From an uncultured Methanobrevibacter sp. (lineage in GTDB: Archaea; Methanobacteriota; Methanobacteria; Methanobacteriales; Methanobacteriaceae), in NCBI GenBank assembly GCA_902789505.1, contig CADAOO010000004.1:4659-68658 (forward strand): 64,000 bases of DNA. Direction: 5' to 3'. Both the position numbers and the translations under genes were made by a program. The notes under the pieces were generated by a model that searched no databases, was not told the DNA's origin, and saw nothing but the letters and a program-made list of their open reading frames with translations. How positions within the stretch are numbered: the first letter of the stretch is position 1; every line of letters begins with the position of its first letter. This document shows positions 1 through 9,379 of this stretch, piece after piece.

Positions 1-1539
1 TTTAGCTCCGCCTCTTACAGAACCTGTAAACATAACATAAGCTCCTATTTTATATGTTAAAAGGGGATCGAATTTGGAAGGCATATCAATGGGATAATAT
101 ACAGTAGTATCTAAATTTAAAGGTCGTCCATCGTAATCAAATTCTAAATAATCATTAGAATCTAATTCTTTAATTTTGAAATTAGCATTTGAAATGAATG
201 TTTCGCCAGGAATTTTATCCAATTCTCTTTTATTAATTCTATTAGCTTCAGCATTGGAGGGGGTTATTGCTGTAATATTTTCAGGAATTTCGTCTTTAGG
301 AACAACATGGGTATTAATTTGTTTTAATACTGGAAGTATTTTATTTACATTTGGAGGGTCACGAAACATGTCTAACATATTTTCCCAATCGGGATCGACT
401 TTGTGTCTCTCAGAGATATTTAATTCATAAAATTTAATTTCTGAAAGATTATTTTGAATTACATGGCTATTAAAAAAGTAAACACCACCATATTCTCTTT
501 TTAAATATTTGAAGGTGTCTTCTGATTCAACAACGGGAGGTAATTGGAATAAATCACCAACAAGTATCATTTTAATGCCTCCAAAAGGCAAATTATTTCC
601 TAGTGCAGTAGAAAGAATTTTATGTATCATTTCTAATAAATCTACACGAACCATTGAAACCTCATCAATAACGATTATTCTTTTAAAATAAATTTTGCTT
701 ATAAAATTATCATTTTTAACATGATCATATTCTTTTGGATTTTGAAATCCTTCATCAATATCATCAAATTCGCCATAAAAGAAAGAATGTATTGTTTTCG
801 CATCAGTTTCATAAACTTGTTTTGCTAAATTAGTTGGGCATAAAATTTCATCTACTCCCAATATTTTACGGAGTTCTTCTACCAAATATGATTTTCCGCT
901 ACCTGCTTTTCCTTGTATAAAAGTAATTGGTGCAAGACCTTCACACATTTCATCAGCAATTCTTTGTTGTTCCTCATTTAAGCTCATGTTGCTCATACCC
1001 TTAGATTTTTTCATTTTAGATGTATTCTGTTTTAAATTATTATTTTCGTATTTTATAGATTTTTTCTTATTATCTTGTTTCTTAGTAGGTGGTGTTGAGT
1101 TCTCCATTTTACTAATTCTGTTATAAGCATATTGACGAACCTCTTGGTAAATAAAACTATGCTCTATACTTCTTTTCAAATAATCTTTATCTGATATTCT
1201 GTCAATAGCTGCTTTTTGAATATCAGTATCATGAATTCGAGATATGTTTACAATTTGAATTAATTTAAGATTATCTGAAATTTTTTTAATTGCTTCAAAT
1301 CTCATTTCTTTATTATCACTATATAAAGCGATGGTCTGTAGGTTATCTTCATCTGAAATTTTTTTAAATGCTTCATAACGAACTTCATCATTCTTATGGT
1401 AACGGGCAATATCAGTTAACCTATTATTGTCGGAGATTTTTTTTATTGCTTCAAAGCAAATTTTTTTATTATTGTGATGGCGGGCAATATCAGTTAATTT
1501 ATTGTCATCGGAGATTTTGTTAATTGCATAAATACAAAT
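1..1539 (-). CDS. PIF1/RecD-like SF1B DNA helicase with N-terminal ~25-aa HEAT-like repeats; 5'-truncated and runs off the left edge
   Basis: Not in ORF track. Manual translation is open from 1539 to base 1: repeats (CFEAIKKISDNNRLTDIARY, RYEAFKKISDEDNLQTIALY, RFEAIKKISDN), then GKAGSGKS (Walker A), CPTNLA, KTIHSFF, IIVIDEVSMVRVDLLE, PFGGIKMILVGDLFQLPPVV. In-frame ATGs at 1305, 996 and 987. Confidence 0.85.
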   Translation of the reverse strand, partial: MCIYAINKISDDNKLTDIARHHNNKKICFEAIKKISDNNRLTDIARYHKNDEVRYEAFKKISDEDNLQTIALYSDNKEMRFEAIKKISDNLKLIQIVNISRIHDTDIQKAAIDRISDKDYLKRSIEHSFIYQEVRQYAYNRISKMENSTPPTKKQDNKKKSIKYENNNLKQNTSKMKKSKGMSNMSLNEEQQRIADEMCEGLAPITFIQGKAGSGKSYLVEELRKILGVDEILCPTNLAKQVYETDAKTIHSFFYGEFDDIDEGFQNPKEYDHVKNDNFISKIYFKRIIVIDEVSMVRVDLLEMIHKILSTALGNNLPFGGIKMILVGDLFQLPPVVESEDTFKYLKREYGGVYFFNSHVIQNNLSEIKFYELNISERHKVDPDWENMLDMFRDPPNVNKILPVLKQINTHVVPKDEIPENITAITPSNAEANRINKRELDKIPGETFISNANFKIKELDSNDYLEFDYDGRPLNLDTTVYYPIDMPSKFDPLLTYKIGAYVMFTGSVRGGAK

Positions 1540-2250
1540 TTAACAGAATTAAGTCATGTACTACACAAGGAGTTTATTAAATCTATAGATAATAATGGTT
1601 TTTGTTATTATAAAGAAGTAAAAGAGCTGGGAACTATTATAATGGGCCAATCTCCTAAGGGTGAAAGTTATAATTATGATAATATTGGACTTCCTTTGAT
1701 AAATGGCGCAGCAGATTATGAAAATGGATATTTGAAAGCTCAAAAATATACAACAGATCCAAAAAAGACATGCGATAAAAATGATTTAATATTTTGTATT
1801 AGAGCAACAATAGGATTGCTAGTTATTTGTGATAAAGAATATTGTTTAGGTCGTGGAGTAGCAGGAATAACAAATATTGACACATTATATAAAGAATATG
1901 CATTTCATTTAATTAATTCTTCAATAGAAAATTTTAAAAGAGCTGCTACAGGGTCAGTTATTAGTGGGATAAGTAGAAAAGATATAGAAGAAATTCCTGT
2001 TAGAATTCTCACAAAAGATGATATAAAAAAATATCACACTATTCAAAAACCTATTTTTGATAAATTAGAAAATAACCGGATAGAAATAGACAACCTAATA
2101 AAATTGAGAGACACTTTGCTTCCTAGGTTAATGTCTGGTGAAATAGATGTTTCAAAGATAAATTATGATATGCTACAAACATCAAGAAAAAATTGTGATA
2201 ATAAGTTTACATTAACACTTCAAAATAATTTAATAGAGGTGATTTCATGA
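1528..2250 (+). pseudogene. hsdS: Type I R-M specificity subunit, half gene (one TRD + distal conserved region), lacking its 5' half
   Basis: Frame reads INTNLTELSHVLHKEF (central conserved-region-like) from 1528, then MGQSPKGESYN...RATIG...CLGRGVAGI, and ends LIKLRDTLLPRLMSGEIDVSK. The ORF-track start at 1642 is internal to the TRD. Confidence 0.85.
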
Positions 2251-3232
2251 AAACAAAAATTATTTCAAAGATTCAAAATCAAATGAAACCTTATCTAAAT
2301 CAAGGACAATACATTAAATTAACAAATACATTGTTAAATTCACTTCAAGATATAGATGTGATTGATAACAATAATGAAATGAGTGAAGTAGATAATTTTA
2401 AATTACTTAATCTCTTTTTATCTGCTAAACAAGTGGAAGGTTGTTCAGATAAAACAATCATATATTACAAATCCACAATCGAAAAAATGCTGATGAAAAA
2501 TAAAAAACAAGTTTATAATATTAATACTGATGATTTAAGAAAATACCTTTTTGATCACAAAAACGAAAAACACTCTTCAAAAACAACAATTGACAATATT
2601 AGAAGAATATTCTCTAGTTTCTTTTCTTGGCTTGAAGATGAAGATTATATTTTAAAAAATCCTGTTAGAAGAATTCACAGAGTAAAAACTGGAAGAGTAG
2701 TTAAAGAAGTTTTAACTGATGAACATGTCGAAGTATTAAGAGACAATTGTGAGGAAATTAGAGATCTTGCAATGATAGAATTATTAACTTCAACCGGAAT
2801 AAGAGTTGGTGAGTTAGTAAGATTAAATATTGAGGATATTGATTTTTATGAACGAGAATGTGTTGTATTCGGCAAAGGTGAAAGTGAAAGGGTGGTTTAT
2901 TTTGATGCAAGAACAAAAATACATCTGATTGAATATCTACAGTCACGAATTGACAATAATCCTGCACTATTTGTATCGCTTAATAGTCCTTATGAAAGGC
3001 TTGGAATTAGTGGTGTTGAAACAAGACTTAGAGAACTAGGAAAAAATGTAATATTAATAAAGTTCATCCACATAAATTTAGAAGGACAATGGCTACTAAT
3101 GCAATTGATAAAGGTATGCCGATTGAACAAGTTCAGAAGTTATTAGGTCATGTACAGATTGATACAACTATGCAATATGCGATGGTTAATCAGAGTAATG
3201 TTAAATTAGCTCATAGAAAATTTATTGGGTAA
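2247..3232 (+). pseudogene. Tyrosine recombinase (XerC/D-like, hsdS-associated), frameshifted at A6 run 3041-3046
   Basis: STGIRVGEL, GKGESER. Restoring one A gives NKVHPHKFRRTMAT...LLGHVQIDTTMQYAMV...FIG* ending at 3232, colinear with the intact paralogue at 20495. Confidence 0.9.
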
Positions 3233-3324
3233 ATTATTATTTAGTTTTGTAACAATTTTATAAAATATCAATATAACCGTGTTATTATTGATGTGAATAA
3301 AGCCCAAATCAATGTTGGATTTGA

Positions 3325-3876
3325 AAAATAAGAACAAATAGCTATTTTCTAAATAAAAATATAAAAAGAAGAATAACAGCAACAACCGTTATTCTAAATC
3401 ATAATTTAGATTTAAGATATGGCTCTTCTCGTGAGGATTTATTTTTTGAAGCAATAAAAATTGCTTATGAATATGCATATCATATATTGGGTGAAGAATA
3501 TTTACTTGATTCATTTGCATCTGAATTCCAAGAAATTTTATTGAATCTGGATACATTTTCCATAAATGAAATTAAAAAGTATTTTATCAATTATTACTTT
3601 GGAGAATCAAAATTTAACGATACTTTGCATGATTTAAACATGATTAGATTTGAAAATTCAATTGTTGTTAATATAAATTTGTTTGATTATTTTAATTTTT
3701 GCGTTGAAGTCTCAAAAAATTTAAATTTGTTTCCTCAAGATATTATAGTGTCATTTTTGTTAATTGGAAAAGATACTAACTTTGATGAGTATAATATTGA
3801 TGTAAATTTTATGGATATTGATTTTTTCAAACGATTTAAAGATATTGAAGTTAAAGACAATATTTTCAAATATTGA
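3325..3876 (+). pseudogene. Probable C-terminal remnant of an HNH-endonuclease-associated protein
   Basis: Frame is open upstream of the TTG at 3487 without a good start: EDLFFEAIKIAYEYAYHILGEEYLLD resembles the KIAYE..Y..LG..YL.D segment I recall from such proteins. Confidence 0.35.
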
Positions 3877-3919
3877 TTGTTTTAGGATATTAAGTTGTAT
3901 TTGTATTCGTTAAGTATAT

Positions 3920-5629
3920 TTATATTATTTTCATTTCAAATAATTCATAATACTTTTCAATTTCAATCTTTTCTTCATTATCTATGCATTTCTGGAGGTA
4001 TTCTTGACAATCAACTTGTGATGGGATATCTAGAATTAATTCATTTGTTCTATCTTTAAATATCGCAATGTTTTTATCATAATTTACATTAATTATATAT
4101 ATCTGAATGAGATTTTCAAAATATTGGGGTAAAATAAATTTCTTCTTTTTAGATTTATCTTTCATATATTTTTCATAACATTCAATTATATCATCTAATT
4201 CCCAGTTAACTTCTTCATTAAGTATTAATTTAGTAACTAACGTTTCAATTGTTAATTCATTTAAAATTTGATTAAAAGATGTTTTAGTAAATATTTCTTT
4301 AAATTTTGGAGATAAACCTTCTTCATCATATAATTTATTGCAAAGGTAATAAAGTGCAAATGCTGATGATTTGAATCTATTAGAAACCCCATACATGTTA
4401 TTTTCTAAATTTATTATAAAATCTTTTAGTTCCTTTAAATTATCTTTTTTGGAATATTTTTCAAAATGAAGGAGAAATCTTTTAAAATATTGTCGGATTT
4501 CTTCTTTTTTAAATGAGTCTTCATTATATATTCCATTTTCCGGATAATTATTATTACGTGGCTCTTTTTGTAAAGGATTTTCTTCATTCTTTTCTAATTT
4601 AGCATTTTGAAATACGAAATTTTTTAATACATTATGAACTAGTCTAGCTAATCCACTTAATGTTAAAAATTTACCGTTATCATAATTCATTGTTTCTTTA
4701 TCCACTTTCTGCATCATAAAAACTTGAATATCATCAAATTCTTCTAAACTGTGAACATAACCTGACCTAGTTGAATATACATTTTCTAATACTTGGTCTA
4801 GTTCAGATTTTCTCACTGGATCTTTAACATTCTTTGCTTCTTCTTTAAAGAAATCATCGTCTAAATAAAGTTTTACAAATTCAATAAATCTATTTTTTAA
4901 TTTTAGATGTTCTTTTTCTAGTAAAATATTTTGTAAGTTAATAGAATAATCGTTAGGCACATTATATTCTTTATTTAATTTATCTATCTTGTCACGAACA
5001 TCACCCGGATAATCTGCCCATGTATTTTCAAATTTATCAAATTTTTGACATAGTGATTCAATTGAAAAAACCATTAATGAATAGGATAATTCTAAATTGT
5101 AATCTATAGATTCAAGTGCATAGATAAATGCAGTTATGCTTGTAATGACGGATTCATATTCAAGTCTAGTTAGTTTAAATAAGCTATTTAAAAAATCATT
5201 AAAAGAAGAGATGTCTTTAGAAACTTTATTCATTTCAAAATATTCTGGTAAAATATTACAGGGTAATATCTGATCTTTTAAACTAGTGTTATTTTGTCTG
5301 CAACGTCTTTCAGCATCTATTTTTTCAAATTCAAACACACTTTTAAACCAAAATGATAGTAATATTCTAAATTGATTAGTGGCAGATGGAAATTCATAAG
5401 AATGATTGGTTTTAGGAATTTCTCCATCTAATGTGAGAAGATATGATGTTGAACCATGATATAAATCATTTAAATTAATTATTTCTAAAGTGCCAATGGG
5501 GGTTTCAAGTTTTTCTTTATTTTTAACAAGTTCGATTAATAATGTATTGGAATAAAATATGTCTTTATCAGTTATTTTTTTAGTTTGATGTTCTTCAAGA
5601 TAATATTTTCCAGTTAAATATTGTAACAT
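3920..5629 (-). CDS. HEPN-motif (ApeA-like) putative defence RNase
   Basis: 569 aa. SIESL helix followed ~100 aa later by an RxxxxH motif (YSTRSGYVH). Defence-island context. Confidence 0.6.
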   Translation of the reverse strand: MLQYLTGKYYLEEHQTKKITDKDIFYSNTLLIELVKNKEKLETPIGTLEIINLNDLYHGSTSYLLTLDGEIPKTNHSYEFPSATNQFRILLSFWFKSVFEFEKIDAERRCRQNNTSLKDQILPCNILPEYFEMNKVSKDISSFNDFLNSLFKLTRLEYESVITSITAFIYALESIDYNLELSYSLMVFSIESLCQKFDKFENTWADYPGDVRDKIDKLNKEYNVPNDYSINLQNILLEKEHLKLKNRFIEFVKLYLDDDFFKEEAKNVKDPVRKSELDQVLENVYSTRSGYVHSLEEFDDIQVFMMQKVDKETMNYDNGKFLTLSGLARLVHNVLKNFVFQNAKLEKNEENPLQKEPRNNNYPENGIYNEDSFKKEEIRQYFKRFLLHFEKYSKKDNLKELKDFIINLENNMYGVSNRFKSSAFALYYLCNKLYDEEGLSPKFKEIFTKTSFNQILNELTIETLVTKLILNEEVNWELDDIIECYEKYMKDKSKKKKFILPQYFENLIQIYIINVNYDKNIAIFKDRTNELILDIPSQVDCQEYLQKCIDNEEKIEIEKYYELFEMKII

Positions 5630-5664
5630 TATAAAAACCTTCTTTAATTAATTTTTTTATCTAT

Positions 5665-5832
5665 TTAACTTCTTATTATATTCAATTCAAGTCTTTCTGT
5701 TTCTGTATCCAGTATCCACTCTAAGGTATCTCCGGATTCTATTTTCAAAGCCTTTACATAGGTTTTCGGTATTGTTGTAATCAAGGAAATTTCACCTTGG
5801 TTTCTCACTTTTGTCTCTTCATTGATTTTCAT
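5665..5832 (-). CDS. AbrB/MazE/SpoVT-family DNA-binding protein
   Basis: TKVRNQGEISLITTIPKTYVKALKIESGDTLEW is a swapped-hairpin signature. Likely ATG at 5832. Confidence 0.8.
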   Translation of the reverse strand: MKINEETKVRNQGEISLITTIPKTYVKALKIESGDTLEWILDTETERLELNIIRS

Positions 5833-5958
5833 AGTCAATATTATATTCTTTATCTTAAATAACATTTTTGATTTGTTTTAATAGTTTAAAAAGTAACATT
5901 TAAATATCATTGGGTAGATATTATATACTAGTTAATACAAAATATAATTTGCATAGAT

Positions 5959-6969
5959 GTGATAACCATGATAAAAGTTGTAGAATTATGTGCAGGTGCA
6001 GGAGGATTGGCACTCGGATTTGAAAAAGCAGGCCTGGAACACGAACTACTTGTGGAAATAGACAAGGATTGTGTGGCAACACTCCACAAAAACAGACCTG
6101 ACTGGAATGTGCTTCACGCAGACATAAAAGAAGTTGACTTTACTCAATATCATCCGGATATAGTTGTGGCAGGACTTCCATGCCAGCCATTTTCATATGC
6201 CGGAAAAAAACGAGGATTCGATGATACAAGAGGAACACTATTCTTTGATTTTGCAAGATGCATAAAAGAAACCAATCCGAAAATGTGCATAATCGAAAAT
6301 GTGGAAGGTTTAGTTAGACATGACAAAGGACGAACCATGGACACAATCGTAAATGTATTGGAAAACGAACTCGGATATGATGTCCAATACAAAGTCCTGA
6401 ATGCAGTGGATTATGGTGTAGCACAAAAAAGAAAAAGAATGTTTCTTGTCGGAACCAAAAAAGGACTGATATTCAACTATCCTAAAAAAGTCAAAGGAAA
6501 TCCAGTGCTGCGCGATGCCCTAAAAGATGTTCCCGAATCTGAAGGAACAGAATACTCCGATAAGAAAAAGGAAGTGCTTGAACTCGTACCTCCTGGTGGA
6601 TGCTGGATAGATCTTCCTGAAGAAGTCCAAAAGGAATACATGGGCAAAAGCTTTTATTCCGGTGGTGGAAAACGTGGAATGGCAAGAAGAATATCATGGG
6701 ATGAGCCATGTTTGACACTGACAACTTCACCATGCCAAAAACAAACAGAAAGATGCCACCCTGATGAGGTAAGACCATTTACTGTAAGGGAATATGCAAG
6801 AATACAGTCATTTCCTGATGAATGGGAGTTTGAAGGTGGAATAACCTCTAAATATAAACAGATTGGAAATGCAGTGCCTGTAAAAGTAGCTGAAGCAGTT
6901 GGACGTGAAGTGATTAAAGCGTTAACCGGTGAAAATAAAAGAAAAGAAGGTCAAACAACTTTGTTTTAA
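5959..6969 (+). CDS. DNA (cytosine-5) methyltransferase, M.Sau96I/M.Eco47II-like (probably GGNCC)
   Basis: Motifs CAGAGG, PCQPFS, ENVEGL, QKRKR, QIGNAVP. TRD GGGKRGMARRISWDEPCLTLTTSPCQKQTERCHP is typical of the GGNCC MTases. Confidence 0.92.
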   Translation: MITMIKVVELCAGAGGLALGFEKAGLEHELLVEIDKDCVATLHKNRPDWNVLHADIKEVDFTQYHPDIVVAGLPCQPFSYAGKKRGFDDTRGTLFFDFARCIKETNPKMCIIENVEGLVRHDKGRTMDTIVNVLENELGYDVQYKVLNAVDYGVAQKRKRMFLVGTKKGLIFNYPKKVKGNPVLRDALKDVPESEGTEYSDKKKEVLELVPPGGCWIDLPEEVQKEYMGKSFYSGGGKRGMARRISWDEPCLTLTTSPCQKQTERCHPDEVRPFTVREYARIQSFPDEWEFEGGITSKYKQIGNAVPVKVAEAVGREVIKALTGENKRKEGQTTLF

Positions 6970-7679
6970 TCATCAAAGATGTGGTCTTCATATTCTTTAA
7001 TTATCTTTTTATCTTCCTTTGAAAATTCTCTCTCAGTTCCTAATATGTCATTAATTGCAATGGGGATTGCTCTGAAAGTTTTTTTCAAAGCATGAGGGTC
7101 ACAGGTAACTAATTCATATACTTTATCACAACTAATTCTTCTTATCCTTTCATTATTTTCATAATTCTTCTTTTCCCAGATTACGTCATCTGATTTGTAA
7201 TTTTTATGTATGATATATGCCCAGTAAGCAGTTGCATTTTCATTTTCCTGTACAATTTTTTCAAGGTTTTCTCTCACAGTTTTTCCTGATCCACTATTGA
7301 TTGTATTATATTTATTTTTCAATTCAATGTATATGGTTCCATCATCATTTTTTAAATCAACGTGGCTATTGTCACCGGTTCCTAAATCTTGCCAACCTTC
7401 TACTCTACCTAACAATCTTTGATGGAATTCACCCATTTTGTTTTCAATGCTTTTACCATTTTGTCTTATTCGTTCTGCTTTAACCCATTCTTCAAAGCTA
7501 ATATCATTCACACATAAATCAAACATTATCTTAAATTCATCAAGTCCATATTTAGATTTTTTTAGTAAGTCTATTGCTGATGGTATTTCTTGAGCATCAT
7601 TTGGATAAGAATCCATAACTCTTTTAACTTCTTCAAGAAACACATCATCTGAAACAAAATCAACATATTTATTTGTCAT
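6966..7679 (-). CDS. Eco47II-family type II restriction endonuclease (paralogue 2)
   Basis: ERIRQNGKSIENKMGEFHQ...VDL...IELKNKYNTINS (PD-(D/E)xK). Convergent with the MTase. Confidence 0.85.
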   Translation of the reverse strand: MTNKYVDFVSDDVFLEEVKRVMDSYPNDAQEIPSAIDLLKKSKYGLDEFKIMFDLCVNDISFEEWVKAERIRQNGKSIENKMGEFHQRLLGRVEGWQDLGTGDNSHVDLKNDDGTIYIELKNKYNTINSGSGKTVRENLEKIVQENENATAYWAYIIHKNYKSDDVIWEKKNYENNERIRRISCDKVYELVTCDPHALKKTFRAIPIAINDILGTEREFSKEDKKIIKEYEDHIFDD

Positions 7680-8402
7680 TTAATCATCCTCATTTTTGAA
7701 TATTATATTGTTGTATTCCATTTTAAGTTTTTCATCATCTTTGCTTAGTCTGTAATCTTCGCTCAATATTTCAACTATCGCTTTTGGTATTGCATCAAAT
7801 GTTTTTTCAAGTGCTTGAGAATCTCCAGTTATCATTGCATATAGTCTATCTCCACTTATTCTTTTTATTCTTTCATCTTCTCTTTGTTGATATTTCCAAA
7901 CTCTACATTCTGATTTGTAATTCTTGCTTATAACATATGCCCAGTATGCAGTAGCATCAGGATATTTTTCAATAACTTTTTCAAGCTTTTCACGACATGT
8001 CTTTTCAGATGAAGAGTTCATGGTATTGTATTTGTTTTTCAGTTCAATGAATACTGTGTTGTCTTCTTTTTTAAGATCAATTTCTGTTTCATCACCAACA
8101 CCTAAATCCACCCATCCATTGACTTTTCCTAAAAGTTCCTGATGAAATTCTCCAATCTTATTGTTGATAGTTTTGTCTTGCTGTCTTGTCAATTCTATTT
8201 TTGACCATTCATCAAAGCTAATCTGGTTTACACAAACATCAAAAATAGTTTTGAATTCATCAATGGTGTTTTTGCTTTCGGTCAATATTGATGTGGGAGT
8301 TATATTTTCATCTAGGGTTTGATATGAGTCTACAACTTTTCTGACACATTCTAGAAAGTCCTCATCTGAAACAAATTCTACATATTTGTTCATATTTTCC
8401 AC
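7680..8402 (-). CDS. Eco47II-family type II restriction endonuclease (paralogue 1)
   Basis: ELTRQQDKTINNKIGEFHQ...IDL...IELKNKYNTMNSSS. Abuts the downstream paralogue. Confidence 0.88.
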   Translation of the reverse strand: MENMNKYVEFVSDEDFLECVRKVVDSYQTLDENITPTSILTESKNTIDEFKTIFDVCVNQISFDEWSKIELTRQQDKTINNKIGEFHQELLGKVNGWVDLGVGDETEIDLKKEDNTVFIELKNKYNTMNSSSEKTCREKLEKVIEKYPDATAYWAYVISKNYKSECRVWKYQQREDERIKRISGDRLYAMITGDSQALEKTFDAIPKAIVEILSEDYRLSKDDEKLKMEYNNIIFKNEDD

Positions 8403-8775
8403 CTTGGATAAATAATTAATCTTAGTTCTGTTTTTCTTGTTTTATAGTATTTTTGTTATAACTATAATTTTCTGATGATTAAAATTTAAATAGAGTAATA
8501 TTTTATATGAATTTGTAATTTTAAAATATTTAAAAAAATTTCATCATAGTATTATTAATAGAATTATGTTTAATCATGTTATATTGATTAAACTCTAAAA
8601 TAAGATGCAGTTTAATTTATATATTTTTTTAAGAATTTTACATTTAAAAATGAATTTAATAAATTAAATTATTTATTCAAATCAATCACATACAAACTTT
8701 CATTATATTAATTTGGAAAAGTTTACAATAGATGAAATTAAAATTAAAAATATAAAGTAATAATGGTTTAAATTA

Positions 8776-9369
8776 ATGTCTGATTCAAAAAAATTTCAAA
8801 TGAAATTAAATAGTAGAGGGAAAATTTTATGGTCTATTGTGGCGTTTTCACCTTTATTTTTAGTATTACTATTAAAATTTATTTTAAATCTTTTTACTGA
8901 GCCCAATCCTTTAATTAAATATAATAGTATTGTTATTATTAGTGTGATAGTTATTGTAGTTTGCATTTTTTTGACATGGTTATTATTATGGATTTTAAAT
9001 CCTGGGGAAACTGAAGATTTAATGGAATTTGAATGCAAAATAAATAATTCTTCAAATTCAGATTATGGGATTTTCATTGTAACTTATTTAGTTCCATTTA
9101 TTTTCGTAAATTTTTCATGGGTTGATTTAATTCCAACGGGTGTAATGTTTATTTTTATAATTGCTATTTATATTAATAGTCCTATTTTTGCTATTAATCC
9201 TATTTTAGGTTTTTTTAAATATAATATTTATAATGCTGTAATAAATAATCATTCGAGCATATTAATTTCTAAAAGAAAATTACCTTGCAAAATCGATTCA
9301 ATGACTTTGATACAGTATGGAGATAACGTTTATTATGATGCGGACACAGGAAAAGAAGATTATAAATAA
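8776..9369 (+). CDS. KwaA-like (Kiwa) four-TM membrane protein
   Basis: Four hydrophobic helices with FSPLF, SDYGIFIVTYLVPF and IFAINPILGFFKYNIY, matching the TY(I/L)IP...NP.L...Y.IY pattern of KwaA-like proteins. Confidence 0.6.
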   Translation: MSDSKKFQMKLNSRGKILWSIVAFSPLFLVLLLKFILNLFTEPNPLIKYNSIVIISVIVIVVCIFLTWLLLWILNPGETEDLMEFECKINNSSNSDYGIFIVTYLVPFIFVNFSWVDLIPTGVMFIFIIAIYINSPIFAINPILGFFKYNIYNAVINNHSSILISKRKLPCKIDSMTLIQYGDNVYYDADTGKEDYK

Positions 9370-9379
9370 GGGTGTTAAA

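Noticed and set aside
176-691. Plus-strand ORFs 176-430 and 509-691, and similar short antisense or alternate-frame ORFs throughout the track
   Set aside because: Shadows of longer motif-bearing genes on the opposite strand or in another frame.
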